A DNA stretch of 64,000 bases from positions 198,328 to 262,327 of the forward strand of contig CP145871.1 of assembly GCA_041941785.1 (NCBI GenBank). The letters are read 5' to 3'. The stretch comes from Candidatus Dasytiphilus stammeri (GTDB taxonomy: Bacteria > Pseudomonadota > Gammaproteobacteria > Enterobacterales > Enterobacteriaceae). Shown here piece after piece: positions 22,531 to 32,554 of the stretch. Position numbers and translations under genes: made by a program. The notes below the pieces were generated by a model. That model was not told where the DNA came from. It ran no database searches and was given only the letters and a program-made list of their open reading frames with translations. The number at the start of each line of letters is the position of its first letter. Position 1 is the first letter of the stretch.

Positions 22531-23679
22531 TTAATGTTGTGTTTTATTTACTGGAATTTTGCTATTATAAATCTTTCGTGGAACAGAATAACTGTTATAA
22601 TGAGTCATGTTATTCGTTAAAAATTGTGGTACTGACATAATCACTACAGGATGATTAGTTTCATCATTAAATATAAAATTACGAGTATTTCTTATAATAT
22701 GTTCCATAGTTTCAATATACAAACGTTTTTTAGTTACTTGAGGATACGCTTTATATTGTGATAAAATTTGATTAAATTGCATCACTTCACCTTGTGCTTC
22801 CAGGATAGAACGAATTTTATAAGCATATGCATTTTCAATAATTCGTTGTGCTTGTCCATTTGATTTAGGTTGTACTTCATTGGCATAGGCTTCTGCTTCT
22901 CGTATGTATTGTTGTTCATTTTCTCGCGCAGCTATTGCATCATCAAATGAGGACTTAACTTCTTCAGGGGGACGTGCTGCTTGGAAATTAACATCTAGTA
23001 TCCTTAGTCCCATATCATATGGAAGGATAGTTTTTTCTAATTCTCTTTGAGTATCACTACGTATAATAGTACGACCTTCCGTAAGGATAGTATCCATACT
23101 ATATTTGCTAATTACCCCACGTAATGCACTGTCAGTAGCTTGTCGTAAACTATCATCAGGATTAGCAACGGAAAATAGATATTTACTGGGATTAGCCACC
23201 CGATACTGTATGTTCATTTCCACATGAACTACATTTTCATCCGAAGTCAGCATTATTCCTGATGCTGCTAGTTGTCGGACAGTTTCTACATTAACAGTAT
23301 GAACGTTATCAATAAATTTTAATTTCCAATTTAAACCTGGTTCCACGATATGATTTAATTTACCAAAACGGGTAATAACTCCTCGATCAGTTTCTTGAAT
23401 AGTATAAAAACCACTGATTATCCACATAATTAAAGGAATAATTATTAATAGGACAGATATCAGTTTTTCTAACGAAAAGTTACTGTACGGATGGTTGCTA
23501 GAAATCCTAATTAGATTATTTTGGAATCCTAATTTAGGAAAAACATTATAGAATATATAACGTAATATATTATAATTATTATTACGATAATTTTTGTTAA
23601 TATTTTTCATTTCATTATGATGAACTTTTGTCCAGAAAGTAACCATATCTCGAATCGTTCCTTGAAATCTATACCACAT
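22531..23679 (-). CDS. hflK: FtsH modulator HflK (SPFH/band 7); start codon uncertain
   Basis: SGFYTIQETDRGVITRFGK...LRILDVNFQAARPPEEV matches HflK. The Gly-rich E. coli N-terminus is replaced by an N/Y-rich low-complexity segment, so the true start may be internal. Confidence 0.9.
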   Translation of the reverse strand: MWYRFQGTIRDMVTFWTKVHHNEMKNINKNYRNNNYNILRYIFYNVFPKLGFQNNLIRISSNHPYSNFSLEKLISVLLIIIPLIMWIISGFYTIQETDRGVITRFGKLNHIVEPGLNWKLKFIDNVHTVNVETVRQLAASGIMLTSDENVVHVEMNIQYRVANPSKYLFSVANPDDSLRQATDSALRGVISKYSMDTILTEGRTIIRSDTQRELEKTILPYDMGLRILDVNFQAARPPEEVKSSFDDAIAARENEQQYIREAEAYANEVQPKSNGQAQRIIENAYAYKIRSILEAQGEVMQFNQILSQYKAYPQVTKKRLYIETMEHIIRNTRNFIFNDETNHPVVIMSVPQFLTNNMTHYNSYSVPRKIYNSKIPVNKTQH

Positions 23680-24069
23680 TATTTTTCTGTACTCCAGTAG
23701 GTACTAGTTACTAATATAATATTTTATTTTTGGTAAAAAGAAAAATGTAATATACTTAAAAAGTAAGGACGAAATTTAAGAAATAAGGTTGATTAAATAT
23801 TTTATACAGGAATAATAGTATAATTATATTTTACCTTTTTTTATAAAAAAAAGGTTCTGGAGATCCAGCTCTAATAATAAATATATTTTTGGAAGCTCAA
23901 TAATAATCTTAGAGAGTAATTATTTAGGATCAATATAAATTATTGATTAATTTATCTCTCTAACTACTAGTTAGTAGTATTTATAATTACCCATCTTAAG
24001 AAGATTATAATCAAATGTGGATAAATAACCTTGCGATAATTTAAAGAATTATAATTTTTTCTATAAGAT

Positions 24070-25044
24070 TTACTGAAATAATAATTCTTGGTAATTATTT
24101 TTAATAATATTCAACACTTTATTACAAGCTAAATCTATACTTAGATCATTATTATCTATCCAATAAATATTTTTTCTTTGCCATTTTTTTAACCAAGTGT
24201 ACTGATGTTTAGCTAATTGTCGTGTAGCACAGAGGCCTTGATTAATCATATCTATATAACTTATATTACCTTTAATATAAGACCACATTTGACGATATCC
24301 TACAGTTCGCATAGAAGGCATATCTAAATTTAGATCTCCTCTCTCGATTAATTTTTTAACTTCCAGTTCGAAACCATTATGAATAAAATTAAAAAATCGC
24401 TCTTCGATCCTTCTATATAAATGGTATCTACATGACGGAGCTAGTACAAATTGTACTATCTTATATGGTAAAATTTTTCCAGTTTTTTTCTTCAAGAAAG
24501 TTAAAGTTTTTCCGGACAATAAAAAAACTTCTAGTGCTCGTGATAATCTGTGATAGTCATTAGGATGGATGGATTGAGCAGAGATTGGATCTATAATTGA
24601 TATTTTTTGATAAATATAATTCCAACCTTTTTGATCTGCTTTCTGTTGAATATATTTTCGTGTAATATAATCAGCGGCGGGTAGTAACGGAGATAACCCC
24701 TCCAATAAAGCCTTAAAATAAAGCATACTGCCTCCCACAAGTAAAGGAAAATTACCTTGTTGAGAAATATTTTTCATTTCTGATCTAGCTTCAGAACAAA
24801 AATTAGCTACTGAATAATATTCAGAAGGATCTTTAATATCTACTAAACGATGCGGAGCATAACGCAGCACTTCTGGTGAAGGTTTAGCAGTTCCTATATT
24901 CATCTCACGATATATGAGAGCAGAATCAACACTAATAATTTCCACCGGAAGAAATTTCCGTAAGGCTATAGCTAATTCTGTCTTTCCAGAAGCAGTGGGT
25001 CCCATTAAGAAAATAGCAATTTTGGTTCGGTCGATTTTATGCAT
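24070..25044 (-). CDS. miaA: tRNA dimethylallyltransferase
   Basis: P-loop [32 protein letters not shown]. It lies 3 nt downstream of mutL as in E. coli. Confidence 0.95.
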   Translation of the reverse strand: MHKIDRTKIAIFLMGPTASGKTELAIALRKFLPVEIISVDSALIYREMNIGTAKPSPEVLRYAPHRLVDIKDPSEYYSVANFCSEARSEMKNISQQGNFPLLVGGSMLYFKALLEGLSPLLPAADYITRKYIQQKADQKGWNYIYQKISIIDPISAQSIHPNDYHRLSRALEVFLLSGKTLTFLKKKTGKILPYKIVQFVLAPSCRYHLYRRIEERFFNFIHNGFELEVKKLIERGDLNLDMPSMRTVGYRQMWSYIKGNISYIDMINQGLCATRQLAKHQYTWLKKWQRKNIYWIDNNDLSIDLACNKVLNIIKNNYQELLFQ

Positions 25045-25047
25045 AAG

Positions 25048-26838
25048 TTACTTAAAAACATTAAGTTTTTGGAATATCATTTCTAGATTTAATCGTTGTA
25101 AAAGATTACCAGGAGGATCCTGTACTAAATGAGGGTACAATTTTGCAGTATTCACTAATAAATCAGTAGCTTGTGTAATATTCCATTGATTTTCTTTGGC
25201 TACTACCTGATTTATAATCCATTTAGCAATTTTAATTAGAGAAAATTCGGAGTTATCTGAAATAAAATGTAATAATTCCGGTATCAAGTCACTATGTAAT
25301 TCTGGTTTTAATAATGGTAGTGGCACGGATCGAAGAATTGCACAATCATTATTTAAAAATAAAATAATCCCCAATTTCTTAAATATTGTAGTATTATATA
25401 ACCTTATAATTTCATGAAGATGATTATCTATTTTTAATTGGCATGGAAATATAAGATTTTTGGTCTGAATTGTATTTTTTTCGGGATCTAAATGGTATTG
25501 TAACATCCATTGCTGAGCAATAGATAAGGATATTAGCATAAGTCCATTATTATCTTCTACTAATGCTATGACTTTTTTTAAGATAGTAATAACGCGACCA
25601 AAACTATAAGAACAATTATAATTATTCTTAATAGTCTTGTCGTTCGTATTTTTAGTATTAAAAGGTTTTAAATATAAAGAATTATCTAAAGTTTTTTCCT
25701 TCGGTTGTGAGGATAAATCATCTATTTTTTCTGGAGCATCATCTTGTGAGAGTAATTGTACGGGAGAGGAAAAAGGTAAAATGAATGTATTATTCTGCGA
25801 GGTTATTTTTACATGTTGATGTTGAATGAGAGTATTATTTATTCCTTGGTAAATAACATCATGTACTAAGCGGGCTTTATAAAAGCGAACATCACGTTTA
25901 TTTGGATGAACATTAATATCTACCTCTTCATACTTTATCTCTAGATAAAGTACGAAGGTGATGTTATAGTTTACGCTAATATGATTTTGGTCTTGATTTT
26001 GGTAAGCTTTTCGAATCGCATTATTTATAAGTCTATTTTGTACTATTCGACCATTAACATAAAAATATCTTAACTCCTGAGACTTAGGTAATAGTGATAA
26101 TTTTGTTATCCAACCATATAATTTAAGACCCTCTTCATTAAAATTAACATAAATATTATTAGAAGAAAATTGTCTTCCACAGATAGCGGCTAGTCTTCGA
26201 TCCACTTTAAGATGATCTTTGATCCGATGATAGTAACGAATTAATTTTCCATTATGTACCAGTTTAATAGCAACATCAAAACGAGCTAAAGCCACTCGAC
26301 GCACCACTTCATCGATATAAGCAAATTCTCTAGCTTCAGTTCTGAGTACTCTTCTACGGGCAGGAGTATTATAAAAAAGATCCATAATATCTAATGTAGT
26401 GCCTATAGGATGAGCGGTAGGTATAAGTGGCAGATGAGAATTCGATAGAACGGGATGTCCTTCTACATATGTGTAATATGCTAGGTCATTCTTCTCTATA
26501 CGAGAAGTTAACTGTAATTTAGATACTGAACATAAACTCGCTAAGGCTTCCCCTCTAAAACCAAAACTTTCGATATGATTTAAATCATCTACAGTATAAA
26601 TTTTACTAGTAGCATGATTTACTAAAGCCAATTTAAAGTCTTCTTTATGAAGACCACATCCGTTATCTCGAATTCTAATTAGCTTAGTTCCTCCTTTTTC
26701 AATAAAAATATCTATATTATTAGCACCAGCATCTAAGCTATTTTCTATTAATTCCTTTACCACGGACGCTGGTCTTTCTACTATTTCACCCGCAGCAATT
26801 TGATTAATGACCTGGTTAGATAGTTTGTGTATACGCAT
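25048..26838 (-). CDS. mutL: DNA mismatch repair protein MutL
   Basis: MRIHKLSNQVINQIAAGEIVERPASVVKELIENSLDAGA...IRDNGCG (GHKL ATPase), 596 aa. Confidence 0.95.
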   Translation of the reverse strand: MRIHKLSNQVINQIAAGEIVERPASVVKELIENSLDAGANNIDIFIEKGGTKLIRIRDNGCGLHKEDFKLALVNHATSKIYTVDDLNHIESFGFRGEALASLCSVSKLQLTSRIEKNDLAYYTYVEGHPVLSNSHLPLIPTAHPIGTTLDIMDLFYNTPARRRVLRTEAREFAYIDEVVRRVALARFDVAIKLVHNGKLIRYYHRIKDHLKVDRRLAAICGRQFSSNNIYVNFNEEGLKLYGWITKLSLLPKSQELRYFYVNGRIVQNRLINNAIRKAYQNQDQNHISVNYNITFVLYLEIKYEEVDINVHPNKRDVRFYKARLVHDVIYQGINNTLIQHQHVKITSQNNTFILPFSSPVQLLSQDDAPEKIDDLSSQPKEKTLDNSLYLKPFNTKNTNDKTIKNNYNCSYSFGRVITILKKVIALVEDNNGLMLISLSIAQQWMLQYHLDPEKNTIQTKNLIFPCQLKIDNHLHEIIRLYNTTIFKKLGIILFLNNDCAILRSVPLPLLKPELHSDLIPELLHFISDNSEFSLIKIAKWIINQVVAKENQWNITQATDLLVNTAKLYPHLVQDPPGNLLQRLNLEMIFQKLNVFK

Positions 26839-27775
26839 AGTTTTTATAATAATTAAAAATTTTAGTAACTCAGATTATCTTAGATCTATATATCCTCTTG
26901 AACCTTATTAAACAATAATAGGAGGCTAATAATTAGGATTTTTTTAGTTCTTGATTTTTTTAATAAATTACTGCACAAATTTTAGTCACCTTTGTTTTCA
27001 AGAAAATATCTTACAATTGACTAACTTAAATATTATTGATAACCAATCAGAAGATACCATTACTCTTGTCCCAGAAAATGATATATATCAGCGTACGCAC
27101 CATGTACTATGTATCTTAAGAAATTTTGTTGCCTAACCACTATGAGGAGAAATAATTCTTTCATTCTTCTCTTAGATTAGCTAAAAATTAGATCCTAGGA
27201 ACCCTATAAGCTAGTTTTATGAGATTTTTGTATTCTCCACATGATTTTCACATTTTTATCCTATTTCTTTCCCGATATAGTATTTATGCACTTTATGTAC
27301 TTATCCAAAGTATTCATCCTGTATTCTGGCACCATTAATTCGGGATAATTCAATAATACCAGCATTATAACTTATGAGTTTTTAACTAATCCACCTGATA
27401 TTAATGCTATTTTTTTTAGGGCATAATAATAGCTCCAGCTGTGTCCTATGTCTGCTAGTAATCCCGAAGAAATATCTATTTAAAATATAATCTTGTTTCC
27501 ATTAGAGCCATTTCTACATAAAATTTGACAGGGTCGAGAAGACGACCATAAATTTATAAAGCAGTCTAATGCTTCCTGTCCTGATCGGAGCATTAATTCA
27601 TAAATATGCATTTTTTACTCTCTCAGATTTGAGTACTACAATCTTCTTTGTAGTACAGATATCATATGGTAACTGAGCATGATAATAAATAATCATATCG
27701 AGAGATTACTTTTAAAATTTAAATCAATTAATATGTAAATGTTACTTACTATCATTTTTTAAAATAAAATATTGA

Positions 27776-27851
<76 letters not shown>

Positions 27852-27904
27852 AACGTATAAAAAATAGTTTAGACTAAAAAAACTTTTTCGCAATCTTATT
27901 ATTT

Positions 27905-28453
27905 TTATAACTGAATAAAATGTTCTCGATAGTAGGAAAGTTCCGCTACTGATTCTCGAATATCTTCAAGCGCTTGATGTTTGGATCTTTTCTTGAATCC
28001 CGGTAGAATGTGAGGTTTCCAGCGTTTGACTAATTCTTTTAATGTACTTACATCTAAGTACCGATAATTAAAATAAGTTTCAAGTTCCGGCATATAATGT
28101 AGTAAAAAACGACGATCTTGTCCTATGCTGTTTCCACAAATAGGAGAATAATTTTCTGGCACCCATTCTTTTAAAAATTTTAAGGTAGCTATTTCTGCAT
28201 CACGTTCCTTATATTTACTGACCATAACTCGTTCAATCAATCCACTGGCAGTATGGGTACGCACATTCCAATTATCCATTTGGGAAAGTATTTGCTGTGG
28301 TTGAGAGATAGCTATTACTGGACCTTCAGCTAAAATATTTAGACTAACATCCGTTACTAAAGTAGCTATTTCAATAATTCTATTATTAATGGGATTGAGG
28401 CCGGTCATTTCTAAATCAATCCAAATAAGATTATTATTATGCTTGATACTCAT
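27905..28453 (-). CDS. orn: Oligoribonuclease
   Basis: [14 protein letters not shown]...RIIEIA (DEDD exo I) ...[20 protein letters not shown], 182 aa. Confidence 0.93.
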   Translation of the reverse strand: MSIKHNNNLIWIDLEMTGLNPINNRIIEIATLVTDVSLNILAEGPVIAISQPQQILSQMDNWNVRTHTASGLIERVMVSKYKERDAEIATLKFLKEWVPENYSPICGNSIGQDRRFLLHYMPELETYFNYRYLDVSTLKELVKRWKPHILPGFKKRSKHQALEDIRESVAELSYYREHFIQL

Positions 28454-28565
28454 GAAAATCTCTTCTAATCCTTAGCTCATAAATTTATGAGGAGGTTATT
28501 AATCTTACGAAACTATATTTATAGTTATAAATAAATATTACAAATAATGTAAAGATTAATTTATT

Positions 28566-28600
28566 AGCAAAAAAAAGAAAATAATTCTTCTTATAAGAAG
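28566..28600 (-). terminator. Candidate intrinsic terminator after epmA
   Basis: A perfect 14-nt palindrome CTTCTTATAAGAAG (28587-28600) is followed on the minus strand by AATTATTTTCTTTTTTTT. The stem is AT-rich, so the prediction is weak. Confidence 0.3.
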
Positions 28601-28662
28601 CTTTCTTCAAATAATTTTCCAGTCTTTAATATTCCTCTTTGAGGATATAAATACTGAGTAAA

Positions 28663-29646
28663 TTAACACCTATCTACGCTAAAAGCTATTACTTGACTTA
28701 ATTTTTTCATTTTAAGTGCAAGCATAATTAAACGATCTATTCCTAATGATACTCCGGAACAACGTGGTAATCCCTGTTGGATAGCAGTTAGAAACTTATT
28801 ATCAAGTGGTTGTTTATTTTTTCCTATTATAGTACGAATATTATTGTCATATTCAAAACGGCGACGGTGTTCTATACTATCTGTTAATTCATGGAAACCA
28901 TTAGCTAATTCCACTCCTTGGTAATATAGTTCAAACCGTTCTGCTACACGTTCATCATCCAAATTAATAGTAGCCAGTGAGGCTTGTGAAATCGGAAAAT
29001 TATATATGAAGATAGGTTTTTCAAATCCTACTAATGAAGTGACCAGATGAGACAATAATAATTGTAATAATGTATCATAACTTTCGTTTATAAAATTAGA
29101 CGAATCTCCAGGTAGTAATTTTACTATTTGTTTTAATTCTTTTATAGGTATCGACAGAGGATCAATATTTAGGTGTCTAATAAACACATCTTGATAAGAT
29201 ATTTTTTCAGCTTTTCCACAATGAATGATTTTATCTATCAGCTCATTTACTTCATTCATTAATTGATATATATTATATTGTGGACGATACCATTCTAGCA
29301 TAGTAAATTCGGGATTATGAACAGCACCCAGTTCTCTATTACGAAAACAATGACATATTTGATATATAGGTCCTATTCCTGCTACTAATAATCGCTTCAT
29401 GTGATATTCAGGACTTGTTATAAGATATAACTCTTGTTTTTCTGTACTTCCTGGTTTAAAAAATGTAGTTTGAAAAGAATCAATATGCACATCGGGTACT
29501 GTAGCTTGACTAAGCGATGGAGTATCAACTTCTAATATATTACGATCAGCAAAAAATCTTCTTATAGTCGCTATAATAGCCGCCCTGTTAAATAAATTAT
29601 TTATTGATGCATTGGGTTTCCAAGTATTGTCCACTACATATTTCAT
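28663..29646 (-). CDS. epmA: EF-P--(R)-beta-lysine ligase (PoxA/GenX)
   Basis: 327 aa, a LysRS class II catalytic-core paralogue (FRNRELGAVHNPEFTMLEWY...GVSLGIDRLIML) without an anticodon-binding domain. Confidence 0.9.
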   Translation of the reverse strand: MKYVVDNTWKPNASINNLFNRAAIIATIRRFFADRNILEVDTPSLSQATVPDVHIDSFQTTFFKPGSTEKQELYLITSPEYHMKRLLVAGIGPIYQICHCFRNRELGAVHNPEFTMLEWYRPQYNIYQLMNEVNELIDKIIHCGKAEKISYQDVFIRHLNIDPLSIPIKELKQIVKLLPGDSSNFINESYDTLLQLLLSHLVTSLVGFEKPIFIYNFPISQASLATINLDDERVAERFELYYQGVELANGFHELTDSIEHRRRFEYDNNIRTIIGKNKQPLDNKFLTAIQQGLPRCSGVSLGIDRLIMLALKMKKLSQVIAFSVDRC

Positions 29647-29689
29647 AACTTCTCCTCTATTTTATATCAATCTAATTCTTTATAATTAT

Positions 29690-30253
29690 TTACTTAACGC
29701 GGGCAACATATTCCCCACTCCGGGTATTGACTTTAACTATCTCTCCTTCTTGAAAAAAATAGGGAACTTTTATTACTGCGCCCGTACTCAACGTGGCTAA
29801 TTTAGCTCCGGATCCTATAGAATCTCCTCTTAAGGAAGGGGTAGTAGATGTGATTGTCAACTCCACGAAATTAGGAGGAGTTACTCCTATTGGTTTTCCG
29901 TTCCACAAAGTTACTGTGTAATCTATATGATTAGATAGCCATCTAATGGTATCTCCTACTGCTTTTATATCTGCAGCTATTTGTTCAAAAGTATTATTAT
30001 TCATAAAATACCAAAATGTTCCGTCCTTATATAAATAGATCATATTTAGATCTAAAACATCTGCTTTCTCTGCTGTATCCGTAGTTTTAAACGTTTTCTC
30101 AATAAGCTGGCCTGTTAATAAACGACGCATTTTTACACGGACAAAAGATTGTCCTTTTCCAGGTTTGACAAACTCACTAGATTCAATAGAATAAGGTTCT
30201 CCGTCCCAGATAATTTTGAGACCAGAATAAAAATCATTAGGATGATAAATCAT
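29690..30253 (-). CDS. efp: Elongation factor P
   Basis: 187 aa, [21 protein letters not shown], including the modifiable Lys in the PGKGQ loop. Confidence 0.95.
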   Translation of the reverse strand: MIYHPNDFYSGLKIIWDGEPYSIESSEFVKPGKGQSFVRVKMRRLLTGQLIEKTFKTTDTAEKADVLDLNMIYLYKDGTFWYFMNNNTFEQIAADIKAVGDTIRWLSNHIDYTVTLWNGKPIGVTPPNFVELTITSTTPSLRGDSIGSGAKLATLSTGAVIKVPYFFQEGEIVKVNTRSGEYVARVK

Positions 30254-30292
30254 TATAAATACCTATACTTAATTTGGTAAGAGTTTGGTTCG

Positions 30293-31321
30293 ATGAAATA
30301 TTGTATCCCTGGAAGTACATCTTCTCGAGAACTTTGGTTACAACAGCTATCTGATGTTGTTACTGAAACTTCCCAATTATTACAAATGTTAAAACTAAAT
30401 CATGAGAACTTCCTAATATTGAGTGATCAATCACGTCGTAAATTCTTTCCTCTTAGAGTACCACGAACATTTATCGCCCGGATGCGTCACGGTGATCCGT
30501 ACGACCCCTTATTATTGCAAGTATTAATAAACCCGCAAGAATTTATTAAAGTACCTTCCTATTCTAGTGATCCTTTGCAAGAAAGAGATTATATAGTTTG
30601 TCCAGGTTTAATACATAAATATCATAATCGAGCTTTATTATTAGTTAAAGGTAGTTGTGCTGTACATTGTCGATATTGTTTTCGTCGATCTTTTCCTTAT
30701 CAAGAACATTCTTTAAATCAAAAAAATTTTCATTCTATATTAGAATATTTACATAGACACTCCGAAATCGAAGAAATTATTTTTTCTGGGGGTGATCCAC
30801 TGATGGCAAAAGATTATGAATTAAAGAAAATAATTTCTCAATTAGAAAATATTAGGCATTTAAAACGATTAAGAATTCATACCCGTCTACCCGTAGTAAT
30901 TCCATCTCGCATTACTCAAACTTTATGTCACATTCTACATAATACTAAATTTAAAATAATCTTAGTGACTCATATTAATCATCAGCAAGAAATTGATCAT
31001 ACTTTACCCCTCCGTATGGAGGATTTAAAAAAAGCAGGAGTTACTCTTCTTAATCAAAGTGTTTTGCTACGTGGAGTTAATGATAGTAGCAAGAAATTAG
31101 CTGCTCTAAGTAACGCTCTTTTTGATATAGGAATTTTACCCTATTATTTACATATGCTAGATCAAGTAGAAGGAGCTGCTCATTTTTTTGTTTCAGAAGA
31201 AAAGGCACAATCAATTATGCGTAATTTATTTTTTCGGTTATCTGGTTATTTAGTACCAACTCTTATACGAGAAGTTAATGGCAAAAAAAGTAAAATTCCC
31301 GTTGATCTCAATTTTAGATAA
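30293..31321 (+). CDS. epmB: EF-P beta-lysylation protein EpmB (lysine 2,3-aminomutase, YjeK)
   Basis: Radical-SAM cluster CAVHCRYCFRR. 342 aa, divergent from efp as in E. coli. Confidence 0.9.
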   Translation: MKYCIPGSTSSRELWLQQLSDVVTETSQLLQMLKLNHENFLILSDQSRRKFFPLRVPRTFIARMRHGDPYDPLLLQVLINPQEFIKVPSYSSDPLQERDYIVCPGLIHKYHNRALLLVKGSCAVHCRYCFRRSFPYQEHSLNQKNFHSILEYLHRHSEIEEIIFSGGDPLMAKDYELKKIISQLENIRHLKRLRIHTRLPVVIPSRITQTLCHILHNTKFKIILVTHINHQQEIDHTLPLRMEDLKKAGVTLLNQSVLLRGVNDSSKKLAALSNALFDIGILPYYLHMLDQVEGAAHFFVSEEKAQSIMRNLFFRLSGYLVPTLIREVNGKKSKIPVDLNFR

Positions 31322-31328
31322 AACGAAT

Positions 31329-32219
31329 TTATTTATCACGAATAATAATATATTTAGCTACGGCTTGTAATGTTGTGGTATTAAAAGATTTAAGGTGACT
31401 TAGAGCATCTAAAGCTTCGTGATATAAGGAATTTATTTCTTGTTTGGCATTTTTAAGTCCTAAATTAGAAGGATAGGTACTTTTTTTTAAATATTTATCG
31501 GATCCGGGTACTTTACCCATAAGATTTATGTTACCTACTACATTCAAGATATCATCTTGAACTTGAAATGCTAACCCAATAGCCTTAGCATATCTCTCTA
31601 AGGCAGGAAAAACCTCGAAATATTTATCTGAAGTTAATGCTCCTAAACGTATAGCTGCTCTAATAAGGGAACCGGTTTTATGGAGATGTATACGATCTAC
31701 CGACTCTTTAGTTATATCTTTACCGGTGGATGCTAAGTCAAATGCTTGTCCCATACACATACCAGATACTCCACTAGCATTTGATAATTCTTTAATCATT
31801 TCTAGTCGAGTGTCTATACTAACTCCAGGCATGGGACTATTAGATAAAATTGTAAATGCTAAAGTTTGCAGTGCATCCCCAGCCAAAATGGCATTGGCTT
31901 CTCCAAATTTTACATGGCATGTTGCTTGTCCACGCCGTAAGATATCATTATCCATAACTGGTAAGTCATCATGAATTAATGAATAAGCATGAATACATTC
32001 AATAGCAACGGCTGGTACATCTAAACAATCGTTATTGGCCTCTAACATTTCACCAGTAGCATAAACTAAAGTAGGGCGCATTCTCTTTCCCCCTGTTAAC
32101 AGGCCATATTTCATGGCCTCAACTAATTTGGTATTTTGAAAAGGAATATCTTTCATAAAACGACGTAATGCTAGATTACTACGTTGATTATATGATTTTA
32201 ACAATAATGGAACATTCAT
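31329..32219 (-). CDS. ispA: Farnesyl diphosphate synthase
   Basis: Both Asp-rich motifs are present (LIHDDLPVMDNDILRRG; FQVQDDILN). There is a 4-nt overlap with xseB, as in the xseB-ispA operon. Confidence 0.9.
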   Translation of the reverse strand: MNVPLLLKSYNQRSNLALRRFMKDIPFQNTKLVEAMKYGLLTGGKRMRPTLVYATGEMLEANNDCLDVPAVAIECIHAYSLIHDDLPVMDNDILRRGQATCHVKFGEANAILAGDALQTLAFTILSNSPMPGVSIDTRLEMIKELSNASGVSGMCMGQAFDLASTGKDITKESVDRIHLHKTGSLIRAAIRLGALTSDKYFEVFPALERYAKAIGLAFQVQDDILNVVGNINLMGKVPGSDKYLKKSTYPSNLGLKNAKQEINSLYHEALDALSHLKSFNTTTLQAVAKYIIIRDK

Positions 32220-32467
32220 TTTTCTAATTTCTTATCAGGAGTAAAATGTGATAAAATGGGATCATCTTTATTAAGTAAGACTTGAACTCTTTGTTCAGCT
32301 TCTTGTAATGTCTGTTGGCTGATGCGAGCTAATTTTACTCCCTTCTCAAAAGCTGAGATTGCTTCTTCTAGTGGTAATTCTCCATTTTCTAAATATAACA
32401 CTATTTCTTCTAGCTGCTGAATAGCAGCCTCAAAAGTCAGAGACTGATAATTATTCTCTTTATGCAT
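32216..32467 (-). CDS. xseB: Exodeoxyribonuclease VII small subunit
   Basis: An 83-aa helical protein, FEAAIQQLEEIVLYLENGELPLEEAISAFEKGVKLARISQQTLQEAEQRV. Confidence 0.85.
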   Translation of the reverse strand: MHKENNYQSLTFEAAIQQLEEIVLYLENGELPLEEAISAFEKGVKLARISQQTLQEAEQRVQVLLNKDDPILSHFTPDKKLEK

Positions 32468-32554
32468 AATAATAATTTTGTTGAGATGATTTTAATCTAG
32501 ATGAATTTTATTTAGCAATAATTATAAAAGATAGACTAAATATATATATTTTTG

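Noticed and set aside
24016-24024. A perfect consensus DnaA box (TTATCCACA on the minus strand) in the miaA-hflK spacer, considered as an origin or DnaA-regulation signal.
   Set aside because: One exact 9-mer in 128 kb of two-strand sequence is about what chance predicts. There is no cluster of boxes and no adjacent AT-rich 13-mers beyond the background, and dnaA itself appears to be absent.
26951-27136. A 61-aa ORF in the mutL-glyV spacer, considered as a small orphan gene or a queG remnant.
   Set aside because: It has a TTG start, no SD and no recognisable motif. The surrounding spacer is full of stops in all frames, so it is best treated as decayed DNA.
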